64,000 nt of DNA. Source: a virus. The stretch is from the IMG/VR virus record IMGVR_UViG_3300042888_000160, positions 1 to 64,000 of that record; one strand, 5' to 3'. Both the position numbers and the translations under genes were made by a program. The stretch's first letter is position 1; every line of letters begins with the position of its first letter. A model generated the notes under the pieces. That model searched no databases. It was not told where the DNA came from and saw nothing but the letters and a program-made list of their open reading frames with translations. This document shows, in pieces, positions 17,558 through 27,048 of the stretch.

Positions 17558-17837
17558 ATTCTCTAGGGGTTAGGTCATTGTCTCTCAACACTGCCACCAT
17601 CTCTGATCTAAGAGTTCCTTTAGAATGTTCACTTGGAGGGAATGGTGATCTATATGTTGTTGCTTTGTAGAACTGACGTTCTATATTCTCAATTTTAATT
17701 GTATTACTTACTGTACGATCATTTAAACTATGTAGCTGCGTCTTTATATCCTTGATGTCATACCACATCATTCCTACCACTAATGTTGCTAGTCCTTTGA
17801 CTAGATAATCTTTAAATGCATCTGGTTGAACAGCCAT
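17541..17837 (-). CDS. Single-TM protein, first gene of lysis cassette
   Basis: LVKGLATLVVGMMWY then coiled coil. Confidence 0.6.
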   Translation of the reverse strand: MAVQPDAFKDYLVKGLATLVVGMMWYDIKDIKTQLHSLNDRTVSNTIKIENIERQFYKATTYRSPFPPSEHSKGTLRSEMVAVLRDNDLTPREYETHN

Positions 17838-17847
17838 AGTAGTACAG

Positions 17848-17890
17848 AAAAAACAATAGCGTCCCTACCCAAATAGGGCTGAGACGCTAT
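17848..17890 (-). terminator. Terminator/attenuator-like hairpin just upstream of the lysis cassette
   Basis: On - strand ATAGCGTC-tcagc-CCTA-tttggg-TAGG-GACGCTAT then TGTTTTTT. Confidence 0.55.
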
Positions 17891-17995
17891 GTAGTTTGAC
17901 AAAAAAATTGAGGAAGTGTAAAAACGCTTTTAGGAAATCAAAAGTCTTGGAACAAATATCTGTAATTCCTATGAATTATGCAAATAAATTTTCAA

Positions 17996-18364
17996 TTAAT
18001 ATGGTTTGTATGATTTTTCTTCTACAATCTCTGATCCATACTTAATGTTTATTTCTTTTTTGAGGGCTGCCCTCTTGTCATTTGTGAAGTAAACATCACG
18101 TGCTAGCTTGATAAATTCCTCATCAAATTCACCTAGACGCTCCTTCTCTCTGATGTTATCTTCTATATACCAAAGAACTAAATTTGTTCCACATAACTCT
18201 GTGTAAAGTTTATCAATAAGGATCTCTGCAGGGAAGCTGTCTATCAATGAGCTCAGTTCTTTTTGAACATGCCCTAGTTTAACTGGATCTGTTATCTTTT
18301 CATTCTTAATAACCAGGATGCTGATCTTATCAGCCACTTCTCCTGTACTAACATCTATTAACAT
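17996..18364 (-). CDS. DUF6165-like protein
   Basis: VSTGEVADKISIL, LWYIEDNIR, ARDVYFTNDKR, EEKSY. Confidence 0.8.
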   Translation of the reverse strand: MLIDVSTGEVADKISILVIKNEKITDPVKLGHVQKELSSLIDSFPAEILIDKLYTELCGTNLVLWYIEDNIREKERLGEFDEEFIKLARDVYFTNDKRAALKKEINIKYGSEIVEEKSYKPY

Positions 18365-18392
18365 AGCTATTGTATTTTTGTGTAAATATATC

Positions 18393-18400
18393 TAACTTTG
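18393..18400 (+). promoter_or_regulatory. -7 promoter element TAACTTTG for the glycosyltransferase island
   Basis: TAnnTTTG 16 nt upstream of ATG 18417, in a divergent intergenic region. Confidence 0.6.
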
Positions 18401-18416
18401 GACAAACCAACAAATA

Positions 18417-19367
18417 ATGAAACAAGTTTGCTTAAATCTTAGCGAATGTCCTGCTTTGGGTGATCTTATATGTGCTACGCCTACTATAAGAAAACTATCT
18501 AGAGCCTATGAACAGAATATAACTGTGGTGAGTCCTGTACCAGAACTGTTCAAAAAGAATCCATACGTACAAGCTAGTTACAAATCCACATCAATCGATT
18601 GGGATTACTTCAACGAACACTTTATCATGCATAACTCCTTTACCAATGTAGGTAAGAAGAATGAAAAAGGTGTAGAGATGAAGCATAACACTATGGATAT
18701 ACGTCAGTATCATGCTGTACAATTAGGGTTCATGTTAGATAGCACTGAACTATATTGTGAATATTCTCCTATAGAAACAAATAGATTTGATATACACCAA
18801 AAGTATATACTTATACATCCTGTAAGTACGTGGCCTAATAGAACATGGCCTGCTGAGAAATGGATGGAACTTGTCAAACATCTTAATGATGCAGGTTTTT
18901 ATGTCATCAGTATAGGTAAGGACAGCTCAGAGACTGGTTTCTTTAATGTTGACAAACCTGTATTTAATTTTGAAATACCTCATGGTATGAATCTAATGAA
19001 TCAAACTAGTATATCAGATTGTTATCACCTTATACATAATGCATCATGTTTTATAACTATGGACAGTGGGTTACTACATCTCGCTGGCACTACAAATACT
19101 CCCATTATACACTTGGGTTCGTCACTCAATCCTAACTACAGAGCTCCATACAGAACAGTGCATGGTCAGTACCATAGATATAAATATGTTGCTGGTACAT
19201 GTGCACTTCAATGTTGTTCTGATATGAAGTATGGAGTGAAAGAGTGGGGATCTGTACAAGGTGTACAACCTTTGATAGGTTGCCTTGAGAACAAAGATAA
19301 GTTTTATTGTCATCCAGAAGTAGATCAAGTTTATGAAGAAGCTATTAATTATATCTCCTCACTTTAG
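18417..19367 (+). CDS. GT9 (heptosyltransferase-like) glycosyltransferase with Cys-rich C-terminus
   Basis: ALGDLICATP, RTWPAEKW, ITMDSGLLHLAG, CALQCC...C...C. Confidence 0.85.
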   Translation: MKQVCLNLSECPALGDLICATPTIRKLSRAYEQNITVVSPVPELFKKNPYVQASYKSTSIDWDYFNEHFIMHNSFTNVGKKNEKGVEMKHNTMDIRQYHAVQLGFMLDSTELYCEYSPIETNRFDIHQKYILIHPVSTWPNRTWPAEKWMELVKHLNDAGFYVISIGKDSSETGFFNVDKPVFNFEIPHGMNLMNQTSISDCYHLIHNASCFITMDSGLLHLAGTTNTPIIHLGSSLNPNYRAPYRTVHGQYHRYKYVAGTCALQCCSDMKYGVKEWGSVQGVQPLIGCLENKDKFYCHPEVDQVYEEAINYISSL

Positions 19368-21954
19368 TACAGGAGGAGCACCACAAGTAACACTTAACAA
19401 AGTAGAATTACTTAAAGACCACTATGAAATCATGGTGGTAGAACATACACTTCTTGCATGGAATTATGTAGTACAACGCAATAAGATTATTAATATTGTT
19501 GGAAAAAACTTTGTATCTCTAGGAGAGAACAAGATGGAGCTTCTAGATATTATTGATGTGTTTAATCCAGATGTCATCTCTATGGAAGAGTTTCCTGAGA
19601 TGTTCTTAGAACATGATATAGCTAGGGAAGTGTACAGTGAGGATAGAACATATCGCATTGTAGAGACTACACATGATAGTTCATTTCCTCCTCATGAGAA
19701 AGAATGGATGCCTGATGAGTTTGTATTTGTTAGTGCACATAACATGTTTAGATATAATCATCTAAATGTACCTATGCAAGTGATTGAATATCCTGTAAAT
19801 CAAAGAGTGTGGGAAGGAACAAATGATAATACCTGTAAGTACATTGCTATTGTAGGACTATGGACACCACGCAAGAACCAGGCTTATGCTATTGAATTAG
19901 CTAGACAACTAGAAGACTATAACGTAGATTTTCAATTTATAGGCAACCAAGCTAGTAACTTTGAAAACTACTGGAAACCATTAATAAAGGATTTACCATC
20001 TAACTGTACAGTGCTAGGAGAGCTAGATAATGTTAGTAGGGTGTTAAGAAACTATGACATGTTCTTGTTCCCATCTAAAGGGGATAAAAACAATAAGGAG
20101 CTCAACCCTATTGCCATCAAAGAAGCATTAGAATATAAAGAAATGCCCAAGATGATGTATAACCTAGATGTATATCATAATAAGTATAATGATTATGAAG
20201 ATGTAGTTTATTTAACTGGCGATAGTTATACTGACAGTATGAATATTGTAAAAATATTAAACCTACAAAGAAAGAACAAAGAACTAATTGTTATTGGTAC
20301 ATATCCTAATACTAAGATTAGAGAAGATCTAACTATTGATTGTATCAAGAGTGCTAAGAAGTTAAACAGACCAATCATGTTGGTAAGTCATTACCCTGTA
20401 TCATTAGCAATACAAGAGATGGTGGATCACTATGTATATGATAAACATAACCCTCTTACACATCATAGTTATTACAATCGATTCTCTCGTAGTACAGATG
20501 AGTATAGTGTAGAGATGAGGATAGAAGGTGATAGTAATCAATCACTCACTGTTCTAACTAACTTAGTTAATGCAAGTAAGTCTGCTGTAGGTCTTGGATA
20601 TACAAAAATGTTCTATGTAACATTTGATATAGAGCTTGATGAAAATGATTTTGATGAGATTAATAGTAGATTCCACCAACTAGATGACGAGTGGCAAGCT
20701 GTCTTAGCTACATTAAATACACCATTTGGTAAAGGTATACAGACCAATGGTATGTTCTTCAATACTAAGTTTGTTACTACACTTTTAGATGATGTACGTA
20801 CACCAGAAGACTATAACAGAGTGTGTGAGAATCTAGGATGTCAGAACTTTCTAGAAGACTACATGATGAAGAAGGTCCATAAGACTAGAGGTATATGGTT
20901 AGAGTATCCTGAAGAGGAAACATTCTTACTATATAGTGGACATGGTAAGTCTTCTAACAGTGAGTATGTTGGTATTGTTAAGTATGAGAAGTGGAACATT
21001 AACTACTTCTATTTCTATTCTTACAATGATGACATACCTTACTATAATATTAATCAGTATGACAGACAAGGTAAATTGTTAAGTGTAATTGATTTTGTAG
21101 ATAAAGAAACGTATACAGCATTACTAGACGATGTTTACATAGTAGAACTAGAGTTAATGGAAGATGGTAGTAAGAGAAAGTTCTTTGTAGATAAACCAAT
21201 AGGAAGTATAGATATAAAGAAAATACAGGCCACTAAAATAGATAGACCAAAGATTAAATTAGTACACATTCAAACTACATTAGATGATGAACGAGAACGA
21301 TTATCTAGAGCTTCGCTGGAACAAGTCAAAGCTTATGGATGGGAGTACATCCTCCACCAGAATATCCCTTATGCCAGCCTCCCACCCATCCATAACTGTA
21401 ACAGACCACAAGCAGTCTCAATGGAGTTATTCGATGAAGCTACAGTCAGAGAAAGAAGCACAGCTCTTACGCCAGCACACTATGGTTGCTATGAAGCCTT
21501 CAAGAATGCAATCCTAAGTGAATTCCATAACTGTGACTATCTCATTGTGTGTGAAGGTGATTGTTTAATAGAAGGAGATGTTGGAAATTTTATTCATAAA
21601 GTGGAAAAATGTGCGTTAATGCTGGAAAAAAACAACATAGGCTTCATGTCTTTTGGAGACAAAGATACATTAGAGTTTGCTTGGCCACAGAGTCCTGTAG
21701 TTAAGGAAGTGAATGAAGACATGTATGTTACAGATCATCTAATAGGTTTACAGTGTATAATGTTCCCTATATATGTCAGTAACTTTTTAAAGGAAAAACT
21801 GCGTTTAAACAACTGGGACGCAGCTGACATGTATTTTAACCAAATATTTTATTCAAGTTCTTATAACATGGGTATTGTACACAAGCGTTTGACAACCCAG
21901 GCTGATGGTTACTCATTGATTGACAAACAATATAAGGAATTTATAAAGAAATGA
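19333..21954 (+). CDS. Multidomain glycosyltransferase (GT4-like + GT-A-like + GT25-like)
   Basis: STGGAPQ/RKNQ/FPS..E..AIKEAL; IMLVSHYP domain; HYGCYEAF...VCEGDC...AADMY. Confidence 0.8.
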   Translation: MKKLLIISPHFSTGGAPQVTLNKVELLKDHYEIMVVEHTLLAWNYVVQRNKIINIVGKNFVSLGENKMELLDIIDVFNPDVISMEEFPEMFLEHDIAREVYSEDRTYRIVETTHDSSFPPHEKEWMPDEFVFVSAHNMFRYNHLNVPMQVIEYPVNQRVWEGTNDNTCKYIAIVGLWTPRKNQAYAIELARQLEDYNVDFQFIGNQASNFENYWKPLIKDLPSNCTVLGELDNVSRVLRNYDMFLFPSKGDKNNKELNPIAIKEALEYKEMPKMMYNLDVYHNKYNDYEDVVYLTGDSYTDSMNIVKILNLQRKNKELIVIGTYPNTKIREDLTIDCIKSAKKLNRPIMLVSHYPVSLAIQEMVDHYVYDKHNPLTHHSYYNRFSRSTDEYSVEMRIEGDSNQSLTVLTNLVNASKSAVGLGYTKMFYVTFDIELDENDFDEINSRFHQLDDEWQAVLATLNTPFGKGIQTNGMFFNTKFVTTLLDDVRTPEDYNRVCENLGCQNFLEDYMMKKVHKTRGIWLEYPEEETFLLYSGHGKSSNSEYVGIVKYEKWNINYFYFYSYNDDIPYYNINQYDRQGKLLSVIDFVDKETYTALLDDVYIVELELMEDGSKRKFFVDKPIGSIDIKKIQATKIDRPKIKLVHIQTTLDDERERLSRASLEQVKAYGWEYILHQNIPYASLPPIHNCNRPQAVSMELFDEATVRERSTALTPAHYGCYEAFKNAILSEFHNCDYLIVCEGDCLIEGDVGNFIHKVEKCALMLEKNNIGFMSFGDKDTLEFAWPQSPVVKEVNEDMYVTDHLIGLQCIMFPIYVSNFLKEKLRLNNWDAADMYFNQIFYSSSYNMGIVHKRLTTQADGYSLIDKQYKEFIKK

Positions 21955-22946
21955 AACCAGTAGTTATTATAGATACATTCCCTAGTAGTAGAGAAGCCTA
22001 TTTGATTCTTAATGATTCTATAGATTCATTTAAGTCTATGGGCTATGATGTTATGTTGGTTAGTCACATGTACATCGAACAGACTACAGCTAAGAAGTGT
22101 AAGTATGTTATATACGATGATAACAATAAGTTCCTATCTAGAAAACATTGTCCTTTGTTTTATAACATATTCTCAAACATTTATTTTGAGGTGGCATATG
22201 GTGGACATGCTCTTCCTATATGTAGGAATATAAAATCATCTGTAGCCTTAGCTAAAGCTTTTGGATACAAGCATTTTATATTTACAGAGTCTGATGTAAT
22301 CATAAAGGGTAAAGACTGTGAACTGTTTGAGTCTTATGTTTACCAGATGGTTAACCAGGATAAGTCGATGCTGTTCTTTAAACCAAAAGACTTTAAGTCA
22401 CCATCAGGAGAAGATGTGTATGAAACATTATTGTTTGCAGGAAACATAGACTACTTCCAAAAGACATTCAAGGTTCCTACAAACGAAGAAGAGTGGATAA
22501 AGGTACCAATGCAATTAACATTGGAGCAATCTTTCTTTGGGGTATTCAATCGTGATGAGAAGAAGTTTCTAATAGTTCCTGATCATAGCTCTAAGATATT
22601 CACAGAGAGTGACATCAACTTGATGAGAATAGGTTTATTCAACTGTGAGATGGTGTATAACGAGGTTACACCTAGTAAGCCAGTGTTAGTTATCATGAAC
22701 TATCTGTTAGAAGCTAATGATAAGTTTATAGATATATATGTGAATGGCAAACTGTCATCCTCTCAGAAGTTAATACGTAGTCAGTTCTGGTTCTATGACT
22801 TTGAAATTAATAACTCAGTAATACAGATAAATGTATACAACGATGAAAGTAAAAGATCATTATATTTATCAAAGAAATTTTTAATGAATGATGAGCTGTT
22901 AAGTAAAGTAAATGATATTGGAACATTTAAATACATAAACGAATGA
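21951..22946 (+). CDS. Putative glycosyltransferase, paralogous to the middle domain of 19333..21954
   Basis: VIIDTFP...VMLVSH...YVIYD aligns with IVIGTYP...IMLVSH...HYVYD; TESD. Confidence 0.6.
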   Translation: MKPVVIIDTFPSSREAYLILNDSIDSFKSMGYDVMLVSHMYIEQTTAKKCKYVIYDDNNKFLSRKHCPLFYNIFSNIYFEVAYGGHALPICRNIKSSVALAKAFGYKHFIFTESDVIIKGKDCELFESYVYQMVNQDKSMLFFKPKDFKSPSGEDVYETLLFAGNIDYFQKTFKVPTNEEEWIKVPMQLTLEQSFFGVFNRDEKKFLIVPDHSSKIFTESDINLMRIGLFNCEMVYNEVTPSKPVLVIMNYLLEANDKFIDIYVNGKLSSSQKLIRSQFWFYDFEINNSVIQINVYNDESKRSLYLSKKFLMNDELLSKVNDIGTFKYINE

Positions 22947-23956
22947 AAATTGTACAAGTGGCAACAGGACTTATCAGTATCCCACCTAATGGTTGGGGAG
23001 CTGTAGAACGTATTATCTGGGAGTATGCTAGCAATCTGCAACTAATGGATGTTGATGTAGAGATCAAGAACTGGAATGACGTAGTGTACGAAGAGAACAC
23101 TATCGTACACTGTCATATGGCTAACACAGCTATTGATATGCGTGATAGAGGAATTCCCTACATCTACTCACTACATGATCACCATGCTGAATGGTATGGT
23201 AAAGAAAGTGGCGTGTATAAGAATAACCTAGCTGCTATTAAAGGATCTATTATATCTATCTGCCATAGTAGACATGTAGTTGATTACTTTAATGATACAG
23301 ATAAGTTGTTCTATCTACCACATGGTGTCAATATAGACTTCTTCAAACCCATCCTACCAGATGAGCGTTTAGATAAAAAACTATTAATGATCTGTAACAA
23401 TGGACTAGCAGGTGACAGTACTATTGATCGTAAAGGATTCAGGATAGCAATTGAAGCAGCTAAGTGGTTTAATCTACCAATAACTATTGCTGGTCCTGAG
23501 AATAACCATGCGTTCTTTGAAGGACATAAAGATCTATTAGAGTATGAAAAGTTAACTCTTAAGTTAACAAATCCTACAGATAATGAAACCTTAGAGTTAT
23601 ATCAGACACACAGCATCTTCATGGCTCCATCATTCTTAGAGTATGGACATCCTAACTTATCCATTCTAGAAGCAATGAGTTGTGGGTTACCAATTGTTGG
23701 TACATGTAATGTAGGTATACCTGGCATGTATAGGATGTCAGAGGTCAGTACGAAGGAAGCAAGAAAAGGACTAGCAACATTAGATAGAGATTGGTTTAAA
23801 TATCACACTGATCAATTACAAGAGCGTGATAGACATAGTTGGTATGCTGTATGTAAACAACTTAAGAAGTTCTACAATGCTGCTAGCATCGTTACACAAA
23901 AGTGGGCTGATGATGATACAAAAAATGCATACATAAACGTATACAATGGATTATAG
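22943..23956 (+). CDS. GT4 glycosyltransferase
   Basis: IPPNGWGAVE, HGV, RKG, PSFLEYGHPNLSILEAMSCGLP. Confidence 0.9.
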   Translation: MKIVQVATGLISIPPNGWGAVERIIWEYASNLQLMDVDVEIKNWNDVVYEENTIVHCHMANTAIDMRDRGIPYIYSLHDHHAEWYGKESGVYKNNLAAIKGSIISICHSRHVVDYFNDTDKLFYLPHGVNIDFFKPILPDERLDKKLLMICNNGLAGDSTIDRKGFRIAIEAAKWFNLPITIAGPENNHAFFEGHKDLLEYEKLTLKLTNPTDNETLELYQTHSIFMAPSFLEYGHPNLSILEAMSCGLPIVGTCNVGIPGMYRMSEVSTKEARKGLATLDRDWFKYHTDQLQERDRHSWYAVCKQLKKFYNAASIVTQKWADDDTKNAYINVYNGL

Positions 23957-25022
23957 ATTATATAATATTGATGGTCTCTACTTTGAATTAGTAGATAGCT
24001 ACGACAATAAAGAATACCAATGTGCGTTTATTGAAGAACGCAATGGCGTACGTACAGAAATCTACAAGGACAACCTGAAGAAGGGTATGTGGATGAAGTG
24101 CAATAAACGTTACATTGGTAACTTCTTTGTAGAGATTAGAAATGACAAAGGTGTATTAAAAGAGCGTATCAGTTTCTTACATCACCTCAAAGACAAACGT
24201 GTATTCATTAGCTTTGATAGCTCAGCATTAGGTGATACCATTGCATGGTTTCCTTATATGTTAGAATTCCAACAACATTATCAGTGCAAAGTTATTGTGT
24301 CTACGTTCAAGAACTGGATGTTTAAAGATGTCTATCCTGAATTAGAGTTTGTTGAACCAGGATCATCTGTAGAGAATATTGTAGCTATGCCACAGCTAGG
24401 ATGGTTCTGGGATAAGGATAAAGAACCTGTCAATCCTGTAACAATACCACTGCAGAAGTCAGCTACGAATATCTTAAATCTACCATACAAAGAACTACGA
24501 CCAAGGATCATTGATCTACCAGGAATGTTACTAGAGAATGAGAGGTATATATGCATCTCTACAAAGAGTACAGCTCAGTGTAAACTATGGGATAAGTGGC
24601 CAGAACTTATACAAGCCTTAAAAGATCAGGGATATAGAGTGATAGAACTATCTGAAGGTGCAGATGATTTTGGTGCAGAAACGTTAGAGAATACATCATT
24701 AGAGAGTGTCATCAATCATCTTAAAGGATGCGAGTTCTATATAGGATTATCTAGTGGTATAAGTTGGTTAGCTTGGGCTTTAGAAACTAAGGTTATAATG
24801 ATTGCCAACTTTACTAATAGTGAACACGAGTTTGAATGTATACGTATAGAGAATAGATCTGTATGCAATGGATGCTGGAATAATCCTATGTTTAGATTCA
24901 ATCGTGGTAACTGGAACTGGTGTCCTGAACATGAAGATACTCCTAGGCAACATGAGTGCCATAAGAGTATCTCTGTTAATGATGTACTATCTAAATGTAT
25001 CTCCTCCCACCCAAACAACTAA
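23946..25022 (+). CDS. Autotransporter O-heptosyltransferase-like (TibC/Aah family) protein glycosyltransferase
   Basis: SALGDTIAW, STAQCKLW, IGLSSGISWLAWA, CxxC-x15-C-x11-C (CNGC...WCP...EC). Confidence 0.8.
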   Translation: MDYRLYNIDGLYFELVDSYDNKEYQCAFIEERNGVRTEIYKDNLKKGMWMKCNKRYIGNFFVEIRNDKGVLKERISFLHHLKDKRVFISFDSSALGDTIAWFPYMLEFQQHYQCKVIVSTFKNWMFKDVYPELEFVEPGSSVENIVAMPQLGWFWDKDKEPVNPVTIPLQKSATNILNLPYKELRPRIIDLPGMLLENERYICISTKSTAQCKLWDKWPELIQALKDQGYRVIELSEGADDFGAETLENTSLESVINHLKGCEFYIGLSSGISWLAWALETKVIMIANFTNSEHEFECIRIENRSVCNGCWNNPMFRFNRGNWNWCPEHEDTPRQHECHKSISVNDVLSKCISSHPNN

Positions 25023-25619
25023 AGACTTTCTTGTTCCCTTAGTTATTGGTGTCACTCTGTGCATTAAATAGCTAGGGAATAAGACAGCAAACGATTGTTC
25101 TCTAGGAGCTTGTTTTGGTTCTCTACCTACCCAGAACTCAAGGTCTCCACCTTCATAGTCATCAGGATTAGATAACTGAATAGTTATACTTATCTTTCTA
25201 TTGTTTTGTGGATAGTCACCTACATCCATATGCCAATCATAGTGACCACCATTCTCATAGTATTCTGTATACTGAATAGGATCTGTAATAGAGTTGATTG
25301 TAAAGCCCCATGATTTATTAGCCTCATTGATAAATGTTACTAACTTATCATATACCCACCAAGACCTTTCATCATGGTGTATCCATTTTATCCTAGACTT
25401 CCTTATAGACGTATCTATCTCTGAAATCTCATCTGCACCTATTGTAGCGTCATGATATGGATATAGCTCCTGTAAATTACCTATCCACTCTAGCTCTTCT
25501 TTAGTAAACGAATTACTTATAAAGTAAGGACTTGTTTGATAATAATTTGGGTTGGTTTCAAATACTGGTCTAATGTGCATTATATAGTTGTTTGGGTACA
25601 TAGAACCCATAAGAGACAT
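24987..25619 (-). CDS. 2OG-Fe(II) oxygenase (prolyl-hydroxylase/PKHD-like); start may be 25580
   Basis: WHMD, RKIS, YEGGDL, FPSYLMHRVTP, RKSLVVW. Confidence 0.9.
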   Translation of the reverse strand: MSLMGSMYPNNYIMHIRPVFETNPNYYQTSPYFISNSFTKEELEWIGNLQELYPYHDATIGADEISEIDTSIRKSRIKWIHHDERSWWVYDKLVTFINEANKSWGFTINSITDPIQYTEYYENGGHYDWHMDVGDYPQNNRKISITIQLSNPDDYEGGDLEFWVGREPKQAPREQSFAVLFPSYLMHRVTPITKGTRKSLVVWVGGDTFR

Positions 25620-26145
25620 TCAATCTCATTCTAGATCCCTCATTGATTACACTAGCATGTTTAACTAAAGATGCTTCACACATCCACATTCCTTTCTCAC
25701 CTACATCTAATACTTCTCCATCGTAGATAGGTTGCCCACCTGAGTTAGGCATAGACACTATAACATTATATCTACGAATGTTATAATCTTCATATTCATC
25801 AGTTGTTAAATCAGTGTGTGGTTCTACAAACGCATCTTCGTCTGTCATCCCAAACCAATCTCCTAAAGATGGATCACTAATAATTGGCTCACATATTCCC
25901 TCCACTTCAATAATTCTTTTTTTGATTTCATCTACTAGAGGATGTGGATCAAGGTCATGTCTTTGTTTAAGAGCAACTGTATCAATAGTTCTACGTATCA
26001 ACATATCATACTTAGAGTTATAGCCATTAGATACAGCATGGTTCATTATATCTTGTATAGATAATATATATTGACGAAGAATCTTTTGTTCTTCATCAGT
26101 TATAAAATTATCGTAACAGTATGTTTTACCAACTAATCTCTTCAT
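25570..26145 (-). CDS. 2OG-Fe(II) oxygenase
   Basis: PHTD, GG, KH, R motifs. Confidence 0.8.
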   Translation of the reverse strand: MKRLVGKTYCYDNFITDEEQKILRQYILSIQDIMNHAVSNGYNSKYDMLIRRTIDTVALKQRHDLDPHPLVDEIKKRIIEVEGICEPIISDPSLGDWFGMTDEDAFVEPHTDLTTDEYEDYNIRRYNVIVSMPNSGGQPIYDGEVLDVGEKGMWMCEASLVKHASVINEGSRMRLNVSYGFYVPKQLYNAH

Positions 26146-26713
26146 TTGTTTCGAATATAATGTTAATTGCTATCGCAGCCTTTGTTGTAATTGGAGATGT
26201 ATTAGCAGAATATGTATTAGACTTAAACAATAGAGCACACCCTTCTACAGGAGTTTGTCTATGATTAATTGTTAATTCTATAGGATCATATGAATAACTC
26301 TCATTAAATAATACAGTGTCACCATCTGAGTTGTTAACATAATATATTAATGTGTATGTATTATCATCAACTTTATTATTTGTAAATGGTGTATGATATT
26401 TATCACTACCTTTAGGTAACATAGAACATGATGCATGTATCATTCTACTGCACACAATACCTTCGTTCTCTTCAAGGTTCTTCATTATCTTTTGCACAAA
26501 CTCTATGTACTCTGATAACATTTTATCATCAGCAAATAGTATGTGACTAAATTTAACTACATCATCTACATCAATGCTATCAGTGATGCTTTCTTTATTT
26601 AGATAATTCTTCTTAGAAGAATCTTGATAGAACCATTGAAAGTAATCATTTGATAGAAGACGTTTGATCCTATCTTTATAATTTTCATGTACAAGGTTTT
26701 CTATAAACTTCAT
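26126..26713 (-). CDS. 2OG-Fe(II) oxygenase-fold protein with degenerate active site
   Basis: LIYYVNNSDGDTVLF scaffold retained; HxD, distal His and Arg positions read PFTN, YSA, A. Confidence 0.7.
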   Translation of the reverse strand: MKFIENLVHENYKDRIKRLLSNDYFQWFYQDSSKKNYLNKESITDSIDVDDVVKFSHILFADDKMLSEYIEFVQKIMKNLEENEGIVCSRMIHASCSMLPKGSDKYHTPFTNNKVDDNTYTLIYYVNNSDGDTVLFNESYSYDPIELTINHRQTPVEGCALLFKSNTYSANTSPITTKAAIAINIIFETNEEISW

Positions 26714-27048
26714 GATAATAAATGTCTAGTAATAATAGTTAATGAAATACAAATCCAAATAGTGTTAAATGCAATCAATGTAGGTAGGCTCTTTCTCATA
26801 CTAGCCCATATCAAAGCTGACGATGTAGCTAATGTCAAGAAGTGTAACCACCATATCTCTACACCAAATATAAGTCCAGGAATAATGATGACAGCTTTAG
26901 CCAACCATGCAGCTGCCTCAATACTATTGTAGTCTGTCCAATATTCTTTTGAAAGATACATCTTGTACCTATCCATGATTTTTGCATTACCTATTAAGTA
27001 ATATAAAACTAATAGATAAATTATAAATACTATAGGATAAATCATCAT
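26710..27048 (-). CDS. Small multi-TM membrane protein
   Basis: Three to four hydrophobic segments. Confidence 0.75.
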   Translation of the reverse strand: MMIYPIVFIIYLLVLYYLIGNAKIMDRYKMYLSKEYWTDYNSIEAAAWLAKAVIIIPGLIFGVEIWWLHFLTLATSSALIWASMRKSLPTLIAFNTIWICISLTIITRHLLS

